Shown: piece after piece, positions 29,863 through 40,733 of the stretch | Position numbering within the stretch: position 1 is the first letter of the stretch | Layout of the letters: each line of letters starts with the position of its first letter | Source: Casimicrobiaceae bacterium | GTDB lineage: Bacteria; Pseudomonadota; Gammaproteobacteria; Burkholderiales; Casimicrobiaceae | DNA length: 64,000 nt | NCBI GenBank assembly: GCA_035262745.1 | Contig: DATFSE010000016.1 | Span: forward strand, 14,348 to 78,347 | Reading direction: 5' to 3' | The notes under the pieces: model-generated | Told to the model about the DNA's origin: nothing | Database searches by the model: none | The model's input: only the letters and a program-made list of their open reading frames with translations | Made by a program: the position numbers and the translations under genes

Positions 29863-30243
29863 GTGATGGATGGCGACTGGAACGATAGCCAGCCTATTTA
29901 CCGACAGCTTCGCGACCGCGTCGTTGCCATGATCCTCGACGGCGTGCTGAACGAAGGCGATCCCCTACCGTCGGTTCGCACCGTGTCGGCGGAGTATCGG
30001 ATCAACCCGCTAACCGTCCTCAAAGCCTATCAGCAGCTGGTCGACGAGCAACTCGTCGAGAAGCGACGCGGTCTCGGCATGTTCATCAACGCCGGCGCAC
30101 GCGACCTTCTGCTGCAGGGTGAACGCCAGCGATTTCTTGCCGAGGAGTGGCCCAAGGTCCGCGCGACCATTCAACGCCTCGGTCTCGAGGCGGAGGATCT
30201 TTTGAACGCCGCTTCCGGCAACAGACCCGCAAAGGAGCGCTGA
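29863..30243 (+). CDS. GntR family transcriptional regulator, short YtrA subfamily
   Basis: 126 aa. 'PIYRQLRDRVVAMILDGVLNEGDPLPSVRTVSAEYRINPLTVLKAYQQLVDEQLVEKRRGLGMFI' is a GntR wHTH with only a short C-terminal tail. The start may be ATG 29866. Confidence 0.85.
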   Translation: MMDGDWNDSQPIYRQLRDRVVAMILDGVLNEGDPLPSVRTVSAEYRINPLTVLKAYQQLVDEQLVEKRRGLGMFINAGARDLLLQGERQRFLAEEWPKVRATIQRLGLEAEDLLNAASGNRPAKER

Positions 30244-30246
30244 GCC

Positions 30247-31119
30247 ATGCCATGCATTCAAGCACGCGGTTTGCGGAAGGCGTTCGGCAGCACCGTCGCC
30301 CTGGACGGTATCGATCTTACCGTCGAAGAGGGCCGCATTCTCGGGCTCATCGGTCCGAACGGCGCAGGCAAGACCACTGCGCTCAAGGCAATCCTCGGCC
30401 TGACCCCGTATGAGGGCGAGCTCACGGTACTTGGTCGCAATCCGTGGACTGAGCGCGATCAGCTCATGCTCGATGTCTGCTTTATCGCCGACGTGGCGGT
30501 GCTTCCCCGCTGGTTGCGGGTCTCGCAAGCGCTCGACTACGTCGCGGGGGTTCATCCGCGCTTCGATCGCGCCAAGGCGGAAGCATTTCTGGCCGAAACC
30601 ACCATCAAGCGCTCGAGCAAGGTCAAGGAATTATCCAAGGGCATGGTGACCCAGTTGCATCTCGCGCTGGTCATGGCCATCGATGCCAAATTACTTGTGC
30701 TGGACGAGCCGACCCTCGGGCTCGACATCCTCTATCGCAAACAGTTCTACGACTCGCTGCTGAGCGATTACTTCGACCACAGTCGAACGATCGTCATGAC
30801 GACGCACCATGCCGAGGAAATTCAGCACGTCATCACCGACATCATGTTCATCGACCGTGGCCGGATCGTGCTCGCTTGCACAATGGAAGACTTGGAATCG
30901 AGATATCTGGAAGTGATGGTGAATCCCGAGCGCGTTGCCGCGGCGCGGGCCTTGAAACCGATTCATGAGCGCCAGGTCTTCGGTCGCAGCATCCTGCTGT
31001 TCGATCGTGCCGATCGCAACCAGCTCGCGGCGCTCGGCGAAGTGCGTACGACAAGCATTGCCGACCTGTTCATCGCCGTGATGGGCAATCAGGTCGGCGC
31101 ACAAGGAGCGACCCCATGA
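30247..31119 (+). CDS. ABC transporter ATP-binding protein (YtrB-like)
   Basis: Walker A 'GPNGAGKTT', signature 'LSKGMVTQL', Walker B 'LLVLDEPTLGLD'. Its stop overlaps the next gene (ATGA, 31116-31119). Confidence 0.9.
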   Translation: MPCIQARGLRKAFGSTVALDGIDLTVEEGRILGLIGPNGAGKTTALKAILGLTPYEGELTVLGRNPWTERDQLMLDVCFIADVAVLPRWLRVSQALDYVAGVHPRFDRAKAEAFLAETTIKRSSKVKELSKGMVTQLHLALVMAIDAKLLVLDEPTLGLDILYRKQFYDSLLSDYFDHSRTIVMTTHHAEEIQHVITDIMFIDRGRIVLACTMEDLESRYLEVMVNPERVAAARALKPIHERQVFGRSILLFDRADRNQLAALGEVRTTSIADLFIAVMGNQVGAQGATP

Positions 31120-32096
31120 ACACTCAATCGATGACTGTGCCCGAATCTCCACCGGCAGGAAGGGCAAGTACGCCCGTGGCTGCGACCCGCCTCGCGTATT
31201 GGTCGATTCGACGCGAATTGTGGGAGAACCGTTCGATCTACCTTGCGCCCCTGATCGTGGCCGGCGTGGTGCTGATCGCCTTTCTCTTCAGCCTCGCCTA
31301 CCTTCCGGGCACGATTAGCAAGCTGCCAGGGCTCGACTCCTCGCACCAGCACATCATGCTCGCCGCTCCATACGACGCATCGGCGATCATGATCATTCTG
31401 GTCAGCGTGCTGGTCGCGTGGTTCTATTGTCTCGAAGCGCTGCACAGCGAGCGCCGCGATCGCAGCATCCTGTTCTGGAAATCGCTGCCGGTGTCCGACC
31501 TCACGACGGTGCTGTCCAAAGCCACCATACCGCTGGTCTTAATGCCGCTGCTCGCCTTAGCCATCGTCATGGTCATGCATTTGATCATGCTGGCGCTCAG
31601 CAGCGTAGTTCTGCTGTCGAGCGGGTCGAGCCCGGTCCCGTTGTGGAACGAGGTGCCCGCATTCGAGAATTCGCTGATACTGCTTTATGGTCTGGTCACG
31701 CTGGCGCTATGGTACGCGCCGATCTACGGCTGGCTGCTCCTGGTTTCGGCGTGGGCCGAGCGCGCGACGCTGCTGTGGGCCGTGCTGCCGCCGCTGGTCA
31801 TCAGTGTCGCCGAACGGATCTTGTTTCACACGTCATATATCGGATCGATGATCACGGGCCGCCTGTTCCACGGCTTTGCGCACGCGTTCGTGATCAAAGT
31901 CCAGGCGAGCGGAATGGCACCGAATGGCACCGGCGCCCATCCTCGCATGTCCCACGAGCAGCTGGCGCAAATCATGAATCCGATTCCCGATCCGATGAAA
32001 TTCCTGACCAGTCCCAGCGTGTGGATCGGACTTGTGGTCGCGGCGGCATTGATCGGCGCAGCGATCTGGCTACGCCGGCGTCGCGACCCGATGTGA
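31116..32096 (+). CDS. ABC-2-type membrane protein, uncharacterised
   Basis: 326 aa with at least 6 hydrophobic helices. Translationally coupled to the ATPase. Confidence 0.7.
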   Translation: MNTQSMTVPESPPAGRASTPVAATRLAYWSIRRELWENRSIYLAPLIVAGVVLIAFLFSLAYLPGTISKLPGLDSSHQHIMLAAPYDASAIMIILVSVLVAWFYCLEALHSERRDRSILFWKSLPVSDLTTVLSKATIPLVLMPLLALAIVMVMHLIMLALSSVVLLSSGSSPVPLWNEVPAFENSLILLYGLVTLALWYAPIYGWLLLVSAWAERATLLWAVLPPLVISVAERILFHTSYIGSMITGRLFHGFAHAFVIKVQASGMAPNGTGAHPRMSHEQLAQIMNPIPDPMKFLTSPSVWIGLVVAAALIGAAIWLRRRRDPM

Positions 32097-32159
32097 ATCG
32101 CAGCGAGCCGCGACTAGCCTGCGGCATCGTCGAGCGGATTGATGGTCAGGAACCTCCGA

Positions 32160-34184
32160 TCATTCCGCGCCAACCATGGACTTGCCGACACTGCCATCCT
32201 CCCGCAAGACAGATCGCATATGGCCAGGCTCCGCGGCCTCCATGGGAAGGATCACCATTTGCATTCCGTCCAACTGCAGCCGGCGCTGCATGGCGTAGAC
32301 GATCTGATTGTGCAGCAAGCGTGTCACCCACGTCTCGTGCGCGAACACCAGTTGCGAGGCGAAGAAGATGACGTTGGGGAATTCCGCCCGCGCCTGGCGG
32401 CATAGCTTGACTAATTCTTCGACGCCGTCGACGCCGAATCCGAGGTAGTACTTGGAAGCGATGCCGTGGCTCCTGGCAAGCTCCATGTAGAACTCCATGT
32501 CCTTGAGCCGATCGGCCTTGAGCTTCTCCAGTGCGCGCTCGCCGCCATAACTTCGCACATCCACCGGCTGCGCACTGACCACCAGAAAATTCTTGTAGAA
32601 GCCGGGCCACATGCCGAGGACTGTGCGCGATGCGTGTATAAGCCCGCAGCGATTGCGTCCGATGATAAACGCCGCCGTCGGACGTTCGGGAACAAGCCTT
32701 GGCTTTGCTGCAAAATGACCGGATGGCGCTTCGTACGCGGCTTCGGCACGGTCCAGGCGCACCGCCACGCTGTTGTAGTGGTGGCGGATGGCCATACCGA
32801 TCGCGACGACGAGTCCGGTGATGATGAGCGTGATCCAGCCCCCTTCAGTGAACTTCTCGACCGTTGTTACGACGAGAATGCCTCCGCACACCAGCAGCCC
32901 GAGCAATGAGAGCAGCAAACGGATCAGCCAATTGCCTTCGCGGCGATGGCTCCACCAGTATCGAACGAGCCCGGCCAGCGAAAGGGTGAAAGTCAGGAAC
33001 ACGTTGATGCTGTAAAGGACCACCAGCACCGACACGCTGCCCCCGGTGATCAGAAGGACCGCGACCGCTGCGCCTCCCATCAGGATGACACCGTTCTGAG
33101 TGACCAGCCGACTCGACAAGTTCCGAAACTGGTGCGGCATCCATGAATCGACGGCCATGTTGGCAAGCACTGCCGGGCCGCCGAGAAAGCCGGTATTCGC
33201 CGCGACGAGCAAGAGACCTGCTTCGAGCGCGAGAACGACGATCAGAGCTCCCTGGTTGAGCGCCGGCTGCGCCCAGCCGAAGCTCGCGATGATCGATTCG
33301 AAGGTTACTGCATTGAGCGTGCGTCCTTCGACGTGATGTGCGTCCCACAGCAAGTACAGCATGATGATGCCCGCAGCCGTGAAGGCGAGCGACAATGCCA
33401 TGTAGAACATGGTCCACTTACCGGTCCTTACACGGGGCTCGACCAACGATTGGACATTGTTCGACACGGCCTCGATTCCGGTATACGTGCCGCCGCCGAG
33501 CGAGTAGGCGCGAAGCAGCAGTGCTGCCACGGCGACCCAGCCCAGGTCGCGGGTCATCTGGCCAGTTTCGGCGATGGTATTGCCGATCATCGACGGCAGC
33601 TGATCGCCATGTGCAAAGACACCGTAGAAGATCAATGCGGTGTGAGTGAGCACGAATCCGATGAAGATCGGCAGCAGGATCTTGATGGATTCCTTCATTC
33701 CTCGCAGGTTGAGATAAACCAGCAAAACCGTGAGGGCAACTTCGAGGCCGAGCTTCACGACTGCTAAGGCAGGCGGAAGGAGCGAGAAGAGAGCATCCAC
33801 TCCGCTTGCAACCGAAATGCCGATGGTCAACACATAATCGACAACCAGTGCGCTGCCTGAGACCAATCCGGCGTGCTCGCCAAGTAGACGCGTTGCGACC
33901 TTGTACCCGCCACCGCCCGAAGGAAACAACTCGATCACCTGGTTGTAAGCAACGGCGATCACGAACACTGTCACCGCCGTGAGCGCGGCGAGATAAAGGC
34001 TCAATGGAGTGTGCGTGCCGAGCGCCAGAAACGCCTCTTCCGGACCATAACAGGCCGAAGAGAGGCCGTCTGCTCCTAGTCCGATCCAGGCGAGAAAGGC
34101 GATCAGTGCTACATGCTTGCGAGTGTCGCCGCTGAAAGGATCGAGAGCTTTGCCGAGAAGAGATTCGCGCAGGCTCTGCTTCAT
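32160..34184 (-). CDS. APC superfamily permease with a large C-terminal cytoplasmic domain
   Basis: Trimmed to ATG 34184 ('MKQSLRESLLGKAL'). About 12 TM helices, followed by an approx 220-aa soluble tail. Confidence 0.8.
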   Translation of the reverse strand: MKQSLRESLLGKALDPFSGDTRKHVALIAFLAWIGLGADGLSSACYGPEEAFLALGTHTPLSLYLAALTAVTVFVIAVAYNQVIELFPSGGGGYKVATRLLGEHAGLVSGSALVVDYVLTIGISVASGVDALFSLLPPALAVVKLGLEVALTVLLVYLNLRGMKESIKILLPIFIGFVLTHTALIFYGVFAHGDQLPSMIGNTIAETGQMTRDLGWVAVAALLLRAYSLGGGTYTGIEAVSNNVQSLVEPRVRTGKWTMFYMALSLAFTAAGIIMLYLLWDAHHVEGRTLNAVTFESIIASFGWAQPALNQGALIVVLALEAGLLLVAANTGFLGGPAVLANMAVDSWMPHQFRNLSSRLVTQNGVILMGGAAVAVLLITGGSVSVLVVLYSINVFLTFTLSLAGLVRYWWSHRREGNWLIRLLLSLLGLLVCGGILVVTTVEKFTEGGWITLIITGLVVAIGMAIRHHYNSVAVRLDRAEAAYEAPSGHFAAKPRLVPERPTAAFIIGRNRCGLIHASRTVLGMWPGFYKNFLVVSAQPVDVRSYGGERALEKLKADRLKDMEFYMELARSHGIASKYYLGFGVDGVEELVKLCRQARAEFPNVIFFASQLVFAHETWVTRLLHNQIVYAMQRRLQLDGMQMVILPMEAAEPGHMRSVLREDGSVGKSMVGAE

Positions 34185-34443
34185 CAGGAATCCTTCCGCA
34201 ATCGGCGAGCGCCGAAGCGTGCTGCGATTGTCAGCCTCTGGCACCGCATATGGGACGGCCGCGGCGAAGCGGCCTCAAGGAGGAATCATTCTAGTGCGTG
34301 CGGCGCACCGCGCAAGATTATTCGCGCCGCTTCTTCGCCGCGATCTTCCCGCCATGACAGAGGCCTCATGCCGAGCGCAGCGGAAAACCTTTCGGAAGAC
34401 TGACAAGCCGGCTGCTAGCGGTCAACCCGTATACATTGCGGCA

Positions 34444-34683
34444 ATGGCATTCCTGATCACCTTCTCGGTACTTCTGGGCGCCGGGATATTATGGATGGCG
34501 CTGTTCGTCGGTCTTGGCCAGGCAGAGAGCACTGTGCTCAATGCCATCGCTGAGTGGCTGTCTCCGGAGCGCATATCGGGCTGGATCTTCTACCTGGTGG
34601 TCTCGGCGATCGCTTTCATACCCTTGGCCAGGCGATACCTGGACCCGAGATCGGAGCGGCCCGACGATCATGATGTCACCTGA
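34444..34683 (+). CDS. Possible small membrane protein (2 TM)
   Basis: 79 aa from ATG 34444 ('MAFLITFSVLLGAGILWMALFVGLG ... GWIFYLVVSAIAFIPLA'). No family recognised. Could be spurious. Confidence 0.3.
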   Translation: MAFLITFSVLLGAGILWMALFVGLGQAESTVLNAIAEWLSPERISGWIFYLVVSAIAFIPLARRYLDPRSERPDDHDVT

Positions 34684-34788
34684 ACCGGATGCATTGGTGA
34701 GCGCCATCGAATCACCGGCGAATGGCGCATCGATAATGATTACTACGCACTATGCGGATTCTTCATCCGAAGCCCGCGCTGGTCCCTC

Positions 34789-37112
<2,324 letters not shown>

Positions 37113-37309
37113 GATGGTCTCCTCGATCGATGGTGACCGGTATTGAGGTTATCGCCTCGTGGTCGCCGGCTCGCCACGTGGGCTTCCAGTCTACACCGCC
37201 GTGCCCAGTCCGGTTCAAGCCTGCGGGCCGGTGGTGCATGCCGCCGTCATTGCGATGCGCGCGACTCTCCAGGCTCGGGGAAAACGCCACGCGCAGACGT
37301 TGTTAAACT

Positions 37310-37549
37310 TCAGGCGACAACGTTATACCGCCATTGCAGCGCCCAGATTGCAACCGCGACCAGGCTTCGGCACGGCTCCAAAGGCCAGCCACCGGCAAAC
37401 GATCCGATCCGCCAGTTACAACCGTACTTGTCCGGGACCGTCAGAACTTCGATGGATACGACCTGCAGTCCAGGGCATTCTTTCAGCGTGCCAAGCTCTC
37501 TGTTGATTACGGCTAACAGCGCATCGGTCGAGATGGACGCTCGATTCAT
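37310..37549 (-). CDS. Possible small conserved hypothetical protein
   Basis: 79 aa from ATG 37549 ('MNRASISTDALLAVINRELGTLKECPGLQVVSIEVLTVPDKYGCNWRI...'). It lies in the AT-richer spacer upstream of hpnA and resembles small proteobacterial proteins of unknown function. Weak call. Confidence 0.35.
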   Translation of the reverse strand: MNRASISTDALLAVINRELGTLKECPGLQVVSIEVLTVPDKYGCNWRIGSFAGGWPLEPCRSLVAVAIWALQWRYNVVA

Positions 37550-37675
37550 AGACAAGCAATGCAAGGGCGGAAATGAAATCAACTTGGTCGTAATGAACCA
37601 TACACCCGAAGCTTTATCATTGACTGACGGATCGCTGTCAGCGTCCTTGCACACAACCCAGAATCCCTGACTTTG

Positions 37676-38677
37676 ATGAGCAAGCGCGGACGTGTGCTGG
37701 TGACTGGCGCGAGCGGCTTCATCGGATCGGCGATCGTGCGTGCGTTTCTTTCCTCGGGCTACCCCGTTCGAGCGTTAATTCGTTCCACGAGCCCGCGTCA
37801 AAACCTCCAGGGGCTCGACATCGAATGCGTCGAAGGCGACATCTGCAACGCGGGCGCCGTGAAGCGTGCGATGAGCGGCATCTGTTACCTTGCGCACGCA
37901 GCCGCCGACTATCGTCTGTGGGCTCGCGACCCCGACGCCATCATGCGGACCAACGTCGAAGGCACACGCACAGTGATGAATGCTGCGCGGACGGCCGGCG
38001 TCGAGCGTATCGTGTATACGAGCAGCGTCGCGACTCTTGCTTTGCAGCCTGCAGGTGAGGCGGCGGACGAATCGATGAGTTTGTCGGAGATCGACGCGGT
38101 CGGCACTTACAAGCGAAGCAAGGTCATTGCCGAGCGGCTGGTGGATGAATTGGTGGCGCAGGACGGACTCCCGGTGATGATTGTCAATCCGTCGACACCC
38201 ATAGGTCCTAGAGATATCCGGCCGACGCCCACGGGGCGGATAATCATCGAGGCGGCAGCCGGCCGGATGCCGGGATTTGTGGACACCGGTCTCAATCTGG
38301 TTCACGTCGATGACGTGGCCTCCGGCCATGTGGCGGCACTGGAGCGAGGCACGCCTGGAGAGCGCTATATCCTGGGAGGCGACAACGTGATGCTCGCGCA
38401 GATGCTCAGCGACATCGCGCTACTGGTCGGCCGGCGCCCGCCGCGTCTCAAGCTTCCTCGCGGACCTCTCTATCCTCTGGCCGTCGGCGCACAAATCATT
38501 GCAAGGGCAACGGACAGGGAGCCATTGCTCACGCTCGACGGCTTGCGCATGTCGCGGCATCGCATGTTCTTCACCAGCCAAAAAGCCGGGCGGGAACTCG
38601 GGTTTGGTGCCCGCCCCTACAAGAGTGCACTGCGTGACGCCGTCGAATGGTTCTTCGCAAACGGATATCTGCAATGA
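37676..38677 (+). CDS. hpnA: Hopanoid-associated sugar epimerase (NAD-dependent epimerase/dehydratase)
   Basis: 'VLVTGASGFIGSAIVRAFL' Rossmann motif, 'YKRSK' catalytic motif, and its position at the head of the hpn operon. Confidence 0.85.
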   Translation: MSKRGRVLVTGASGFIGSAIVRAFLSSGYPVRALIRSTSPRQNLQGLDIECVEGDICNAGAVKRAMSGICYLAHAAADYRLWARDPDAIMRTNVEGTRTVMNAARTAGVERIVYTSSVATLALQPAGEAADESMSLSEIDAVGTYKRSKVIAERLVDELVAQDGLPVMIVNPSTPIGPRDIRPTPTGRIIIEAAAGRMPGFVDTGLNLVHVDDVASGHVAALERGTPGERYILGGDNVMLAQMLSDIALLVGRRPPRLKLPRGPLYPLAVGAQIIARATDREPLLTLDGLRMSRHRMFFTSQKAGRELGFGARPYKSALRDAVEWFFANGYLQ

Positions 38678-39840
38678 CCGCGCTGTCCGTTGCTGCGCTC
38701 TCGAGCGCGCTCTGGCTTTATCTGCTTACGCTGCGTGGCAGTTTTTGGCGTGCGCAGCAACTCAGGAGCCCTGCGGCAACCCTTTCGCCTCGAGAAGGCG
38801 CCTGGCCGCGGGTGGTGGTGATCGTGCCTGCGCGCGATGAGGCCGCGCTCATCGGCGAAACAGTCCTGGCGCTACTGAAGCAAGACTACCGCGGCGACCT
38901 TGAAGTTGTCGTCGTCGATGACCATAGCAGCGACCACACAGCGGACCTGGTTCGAGCAACGGCCGCAAAGGCAGCATCAGTTCGGCGCGTCACCGTGCTC
39001 GCGGCGCCGAGCATGCCGGACGGCTGGACCGGAAAGCTGTGGGCGGTACACCAAGGCATCCGCCATGCCCAGACGCTCGCTGAACGCGCGGACTACTGGC
39101 TTCTCGCCGATGCCGACATACGGTTCGCTGAAGATACCCTTACTGCTCTCATGGAGCGTACTGTTCGCGATCGACTCGTGTTAACGTCAGTCATGGCCAG
39201 GTTGCGCTGTTCGAGCTGGGCCGAGCGGTTGCTGGTGCCAGCGTTTGTGTTTTTCTTTCAAATGCTTTATCCCTTCGCATGGGTGAATCGTCGAGACCGC
39301 AGCACGGCGGCTGCCGCCGGCGGCTGCATGCTCGTGCACGCCGCAACACTCGAGTCCGCAGGCAGTATCCAAGTGATCCGACGCGAGCTTATCGACGATT
39401 GCGCCCTCGCTCGATTGCTAAAGCCACACGGCGCAATCTGGCTGGGCTTGAGCGACCGCGTACGGAGCGTTCGCCCCTATCCGAGCCTTGAAGACGTTGG
39501 TCACATGGTGCGCCGCTGCGCCTACGCACAGCTGCGATATTCGCCGTGGTGGCTCATGGTCACGATCGTGGCGATGGCCGCGATTTTCCTGGCACCGCCC
39601 GTCGTGGTGCTGTTTTCGAGGGGGGTTCCGCTCCTGCTCGCCGCGCTGGCATGGACAGCGATGGCGCTGGCAATGCAACCAACGCTGCGTTTTTATGGTC
39701 TGTCGGCTTGGTGGGCATTGCTGCTGCCCGCGGTCGCGGGCGTTTACCTCGTCTTCACGCTCGAGTCCGCCTGGCAGCATGCGCGCGGCAGGAGTGGTCA
39801 ATGGAAAGGACGTACCTACCCGCGAGGCTTCGAAACATGA
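38674..39840 (+). CDS. hpnB: Hopene-associated glycosyltransferase (GT2)
   Basis: Start ATG 38674 overlaps the hpnA stop (ATGA). N-terminal TM segment, then 'VVVIVPARDEAALIGETVLALLKQDY ... VVVVDDHSSDHTA', and C-terminal TM helices. Confidence 0.85.
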   Translation: MTALSVAALSSALWLYLLTLRGSFWRAQQLRSPAATLSPREGAWPRVVVIVPARDEAALIGETVLALLKQDYRGDLEVVVVDDHSSDHTADLVRATAAKAASVRRVTVLAAPSMPDGWTGKLWAVHQGIRHAQTLAERADYWLLADADIRFAEDTLTALMERTVRDRLVLTSVMARLRCSSWAERLLVPAFVFFFQMLYPFAWVNRRDRSTAAAAGGCMLVHAATLESAGSIQVIRRELIDDCALARLLKPHGAIWLGLSDRVRSVRPYPSLEDVGHMVRRCAYAQLRYSPWWLMVTIVAMAAIFLAPPVVVLFSRGVPLLLAALAWTAMALAMQPTLRFYGLSAWWALLLPAVAGVYLVFTLESAWQHARGRSGQWKGRTYPRGFET

Positions 39841-40733
39841 GAGCGCCGGTCACGGTCACTGATCCAGCGCGGGACGAAGTGAGCGACGCGCTCACGGCCG
39901 AGGCCGAGGCCGTGGTCGCGCGCAGCTCGTTCTATGCCGCCATGCGCATCCTCCCGCCGGCGCAGCGAAAAGCCATGTTCGAAATCTATCGCTTCTGTCG
40001 CGCGGTCGACGATGTCGCCGATGGTCGCGGTACACCGCAGGAGCGCCTGGCGGAGCTGGAAACGTGGCGGAATGACATCAACGCCTTGTTTGGCGGGACG
40101 GCCACGCGCCGAGTGGAACCGCTGCTTGCGCCGATCGTGGCGTTCGCCCTGGAGCGCGAAGACTTTGTGTCGATCATCGACGGCATGGAGATGGACGCTC
40201 GTGACGACATTCGTGCTCCTGCCTTGGCTACGCTCGAGCTGTACTGCGATCGCGTTGCCTGCGCGGTCGGGAGGCTGTCCGTCAGAGTATTCGGCATGCC
40301 GCAGCCGGAAGGAACCGCACTTGCGTTCCATTTGGGGCGTGCGTTGCAACTGACCAATATTCTGCGCGACCTCGACGAGGATGCTTGGAAGGGCCGGCTC
40401 TATCTTCCGCGAGAGCTGCTCATGGCCGCTGGCATCAGCGAGACAGAGCCGAGCGTCGTTCTCGCCCATCCTGCTCTGGGTGTGGTTTGCGCAGGGCTCG
40501 TCGCATCGGCAAGAGGCCACTTTGCCTCCGCACGAGAGGTCATGGCTGCTCAACCGGCATATCGCGTCCGCACGCCACGACTCATGGCAAGTGTCTATCG
40601 AAACATACTCGAGCGTCTCGCTGCGCGCGGATGGACGCCCCCGCGCCGTGCCATCAGCATCGGCCGCACACGGTTATTGTGGATCTTGCTAGTGGACGGC
40701 CTTTTTGCGAGCTCGTCCAGCGAAAGGCATTGA
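39837..40733 (+). CDS. hpnD: Presqualene diphosphate synthase, HpnD type
   Basis: Start ATG 39837 overlaps the hpnB stop (ATGA). 'SSFYAAMRILPPAQRKAMFEIYRFCRAVDDVAD', 'IIDGMEMD', 'LELYCDRVACAVGRLSVRVFG' and 'LGRALQLTNILRDLDED' match what I recall of HpnD rather than HpnC. Confidence 0.88.
   Translation: MRAPVTVTDPARDEVSDALTAEAEAVVARSSFYAAMRILPPAQRKAMFEIYRFCRAVDDVADGRGTPQERLAELETWRNDINALFGGTATRRVEPLLAPIVAFALEREDFVSIIDGMEMDARDDIRAPALATLELYCDRVACAVGRLSVRVFGMPQPEGTALAFHLGRALQLTNILRDLDEDAWKGRLYLPRELLMAAGISETEPSVVLAHPALGVVCAGLVASARGHFASAREVMAAQPAYRVRTPRLMASVYRNILERLAARGWTPPRRAISIGRTRLLWILLVDGLFASSSSERH

Noticed and set aside
37195-37245. tRNA-like T-loop string 'CCGGTTCAAGCCTGCGGGCCGG' as a possible tRNA fragment or integration scar.
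   Set aside because: I could not pair a 5-bp T-stem around the TTCAAGC loop (tccgg versus ctgcg do not pair). No acceptor stem or CCA context is present.
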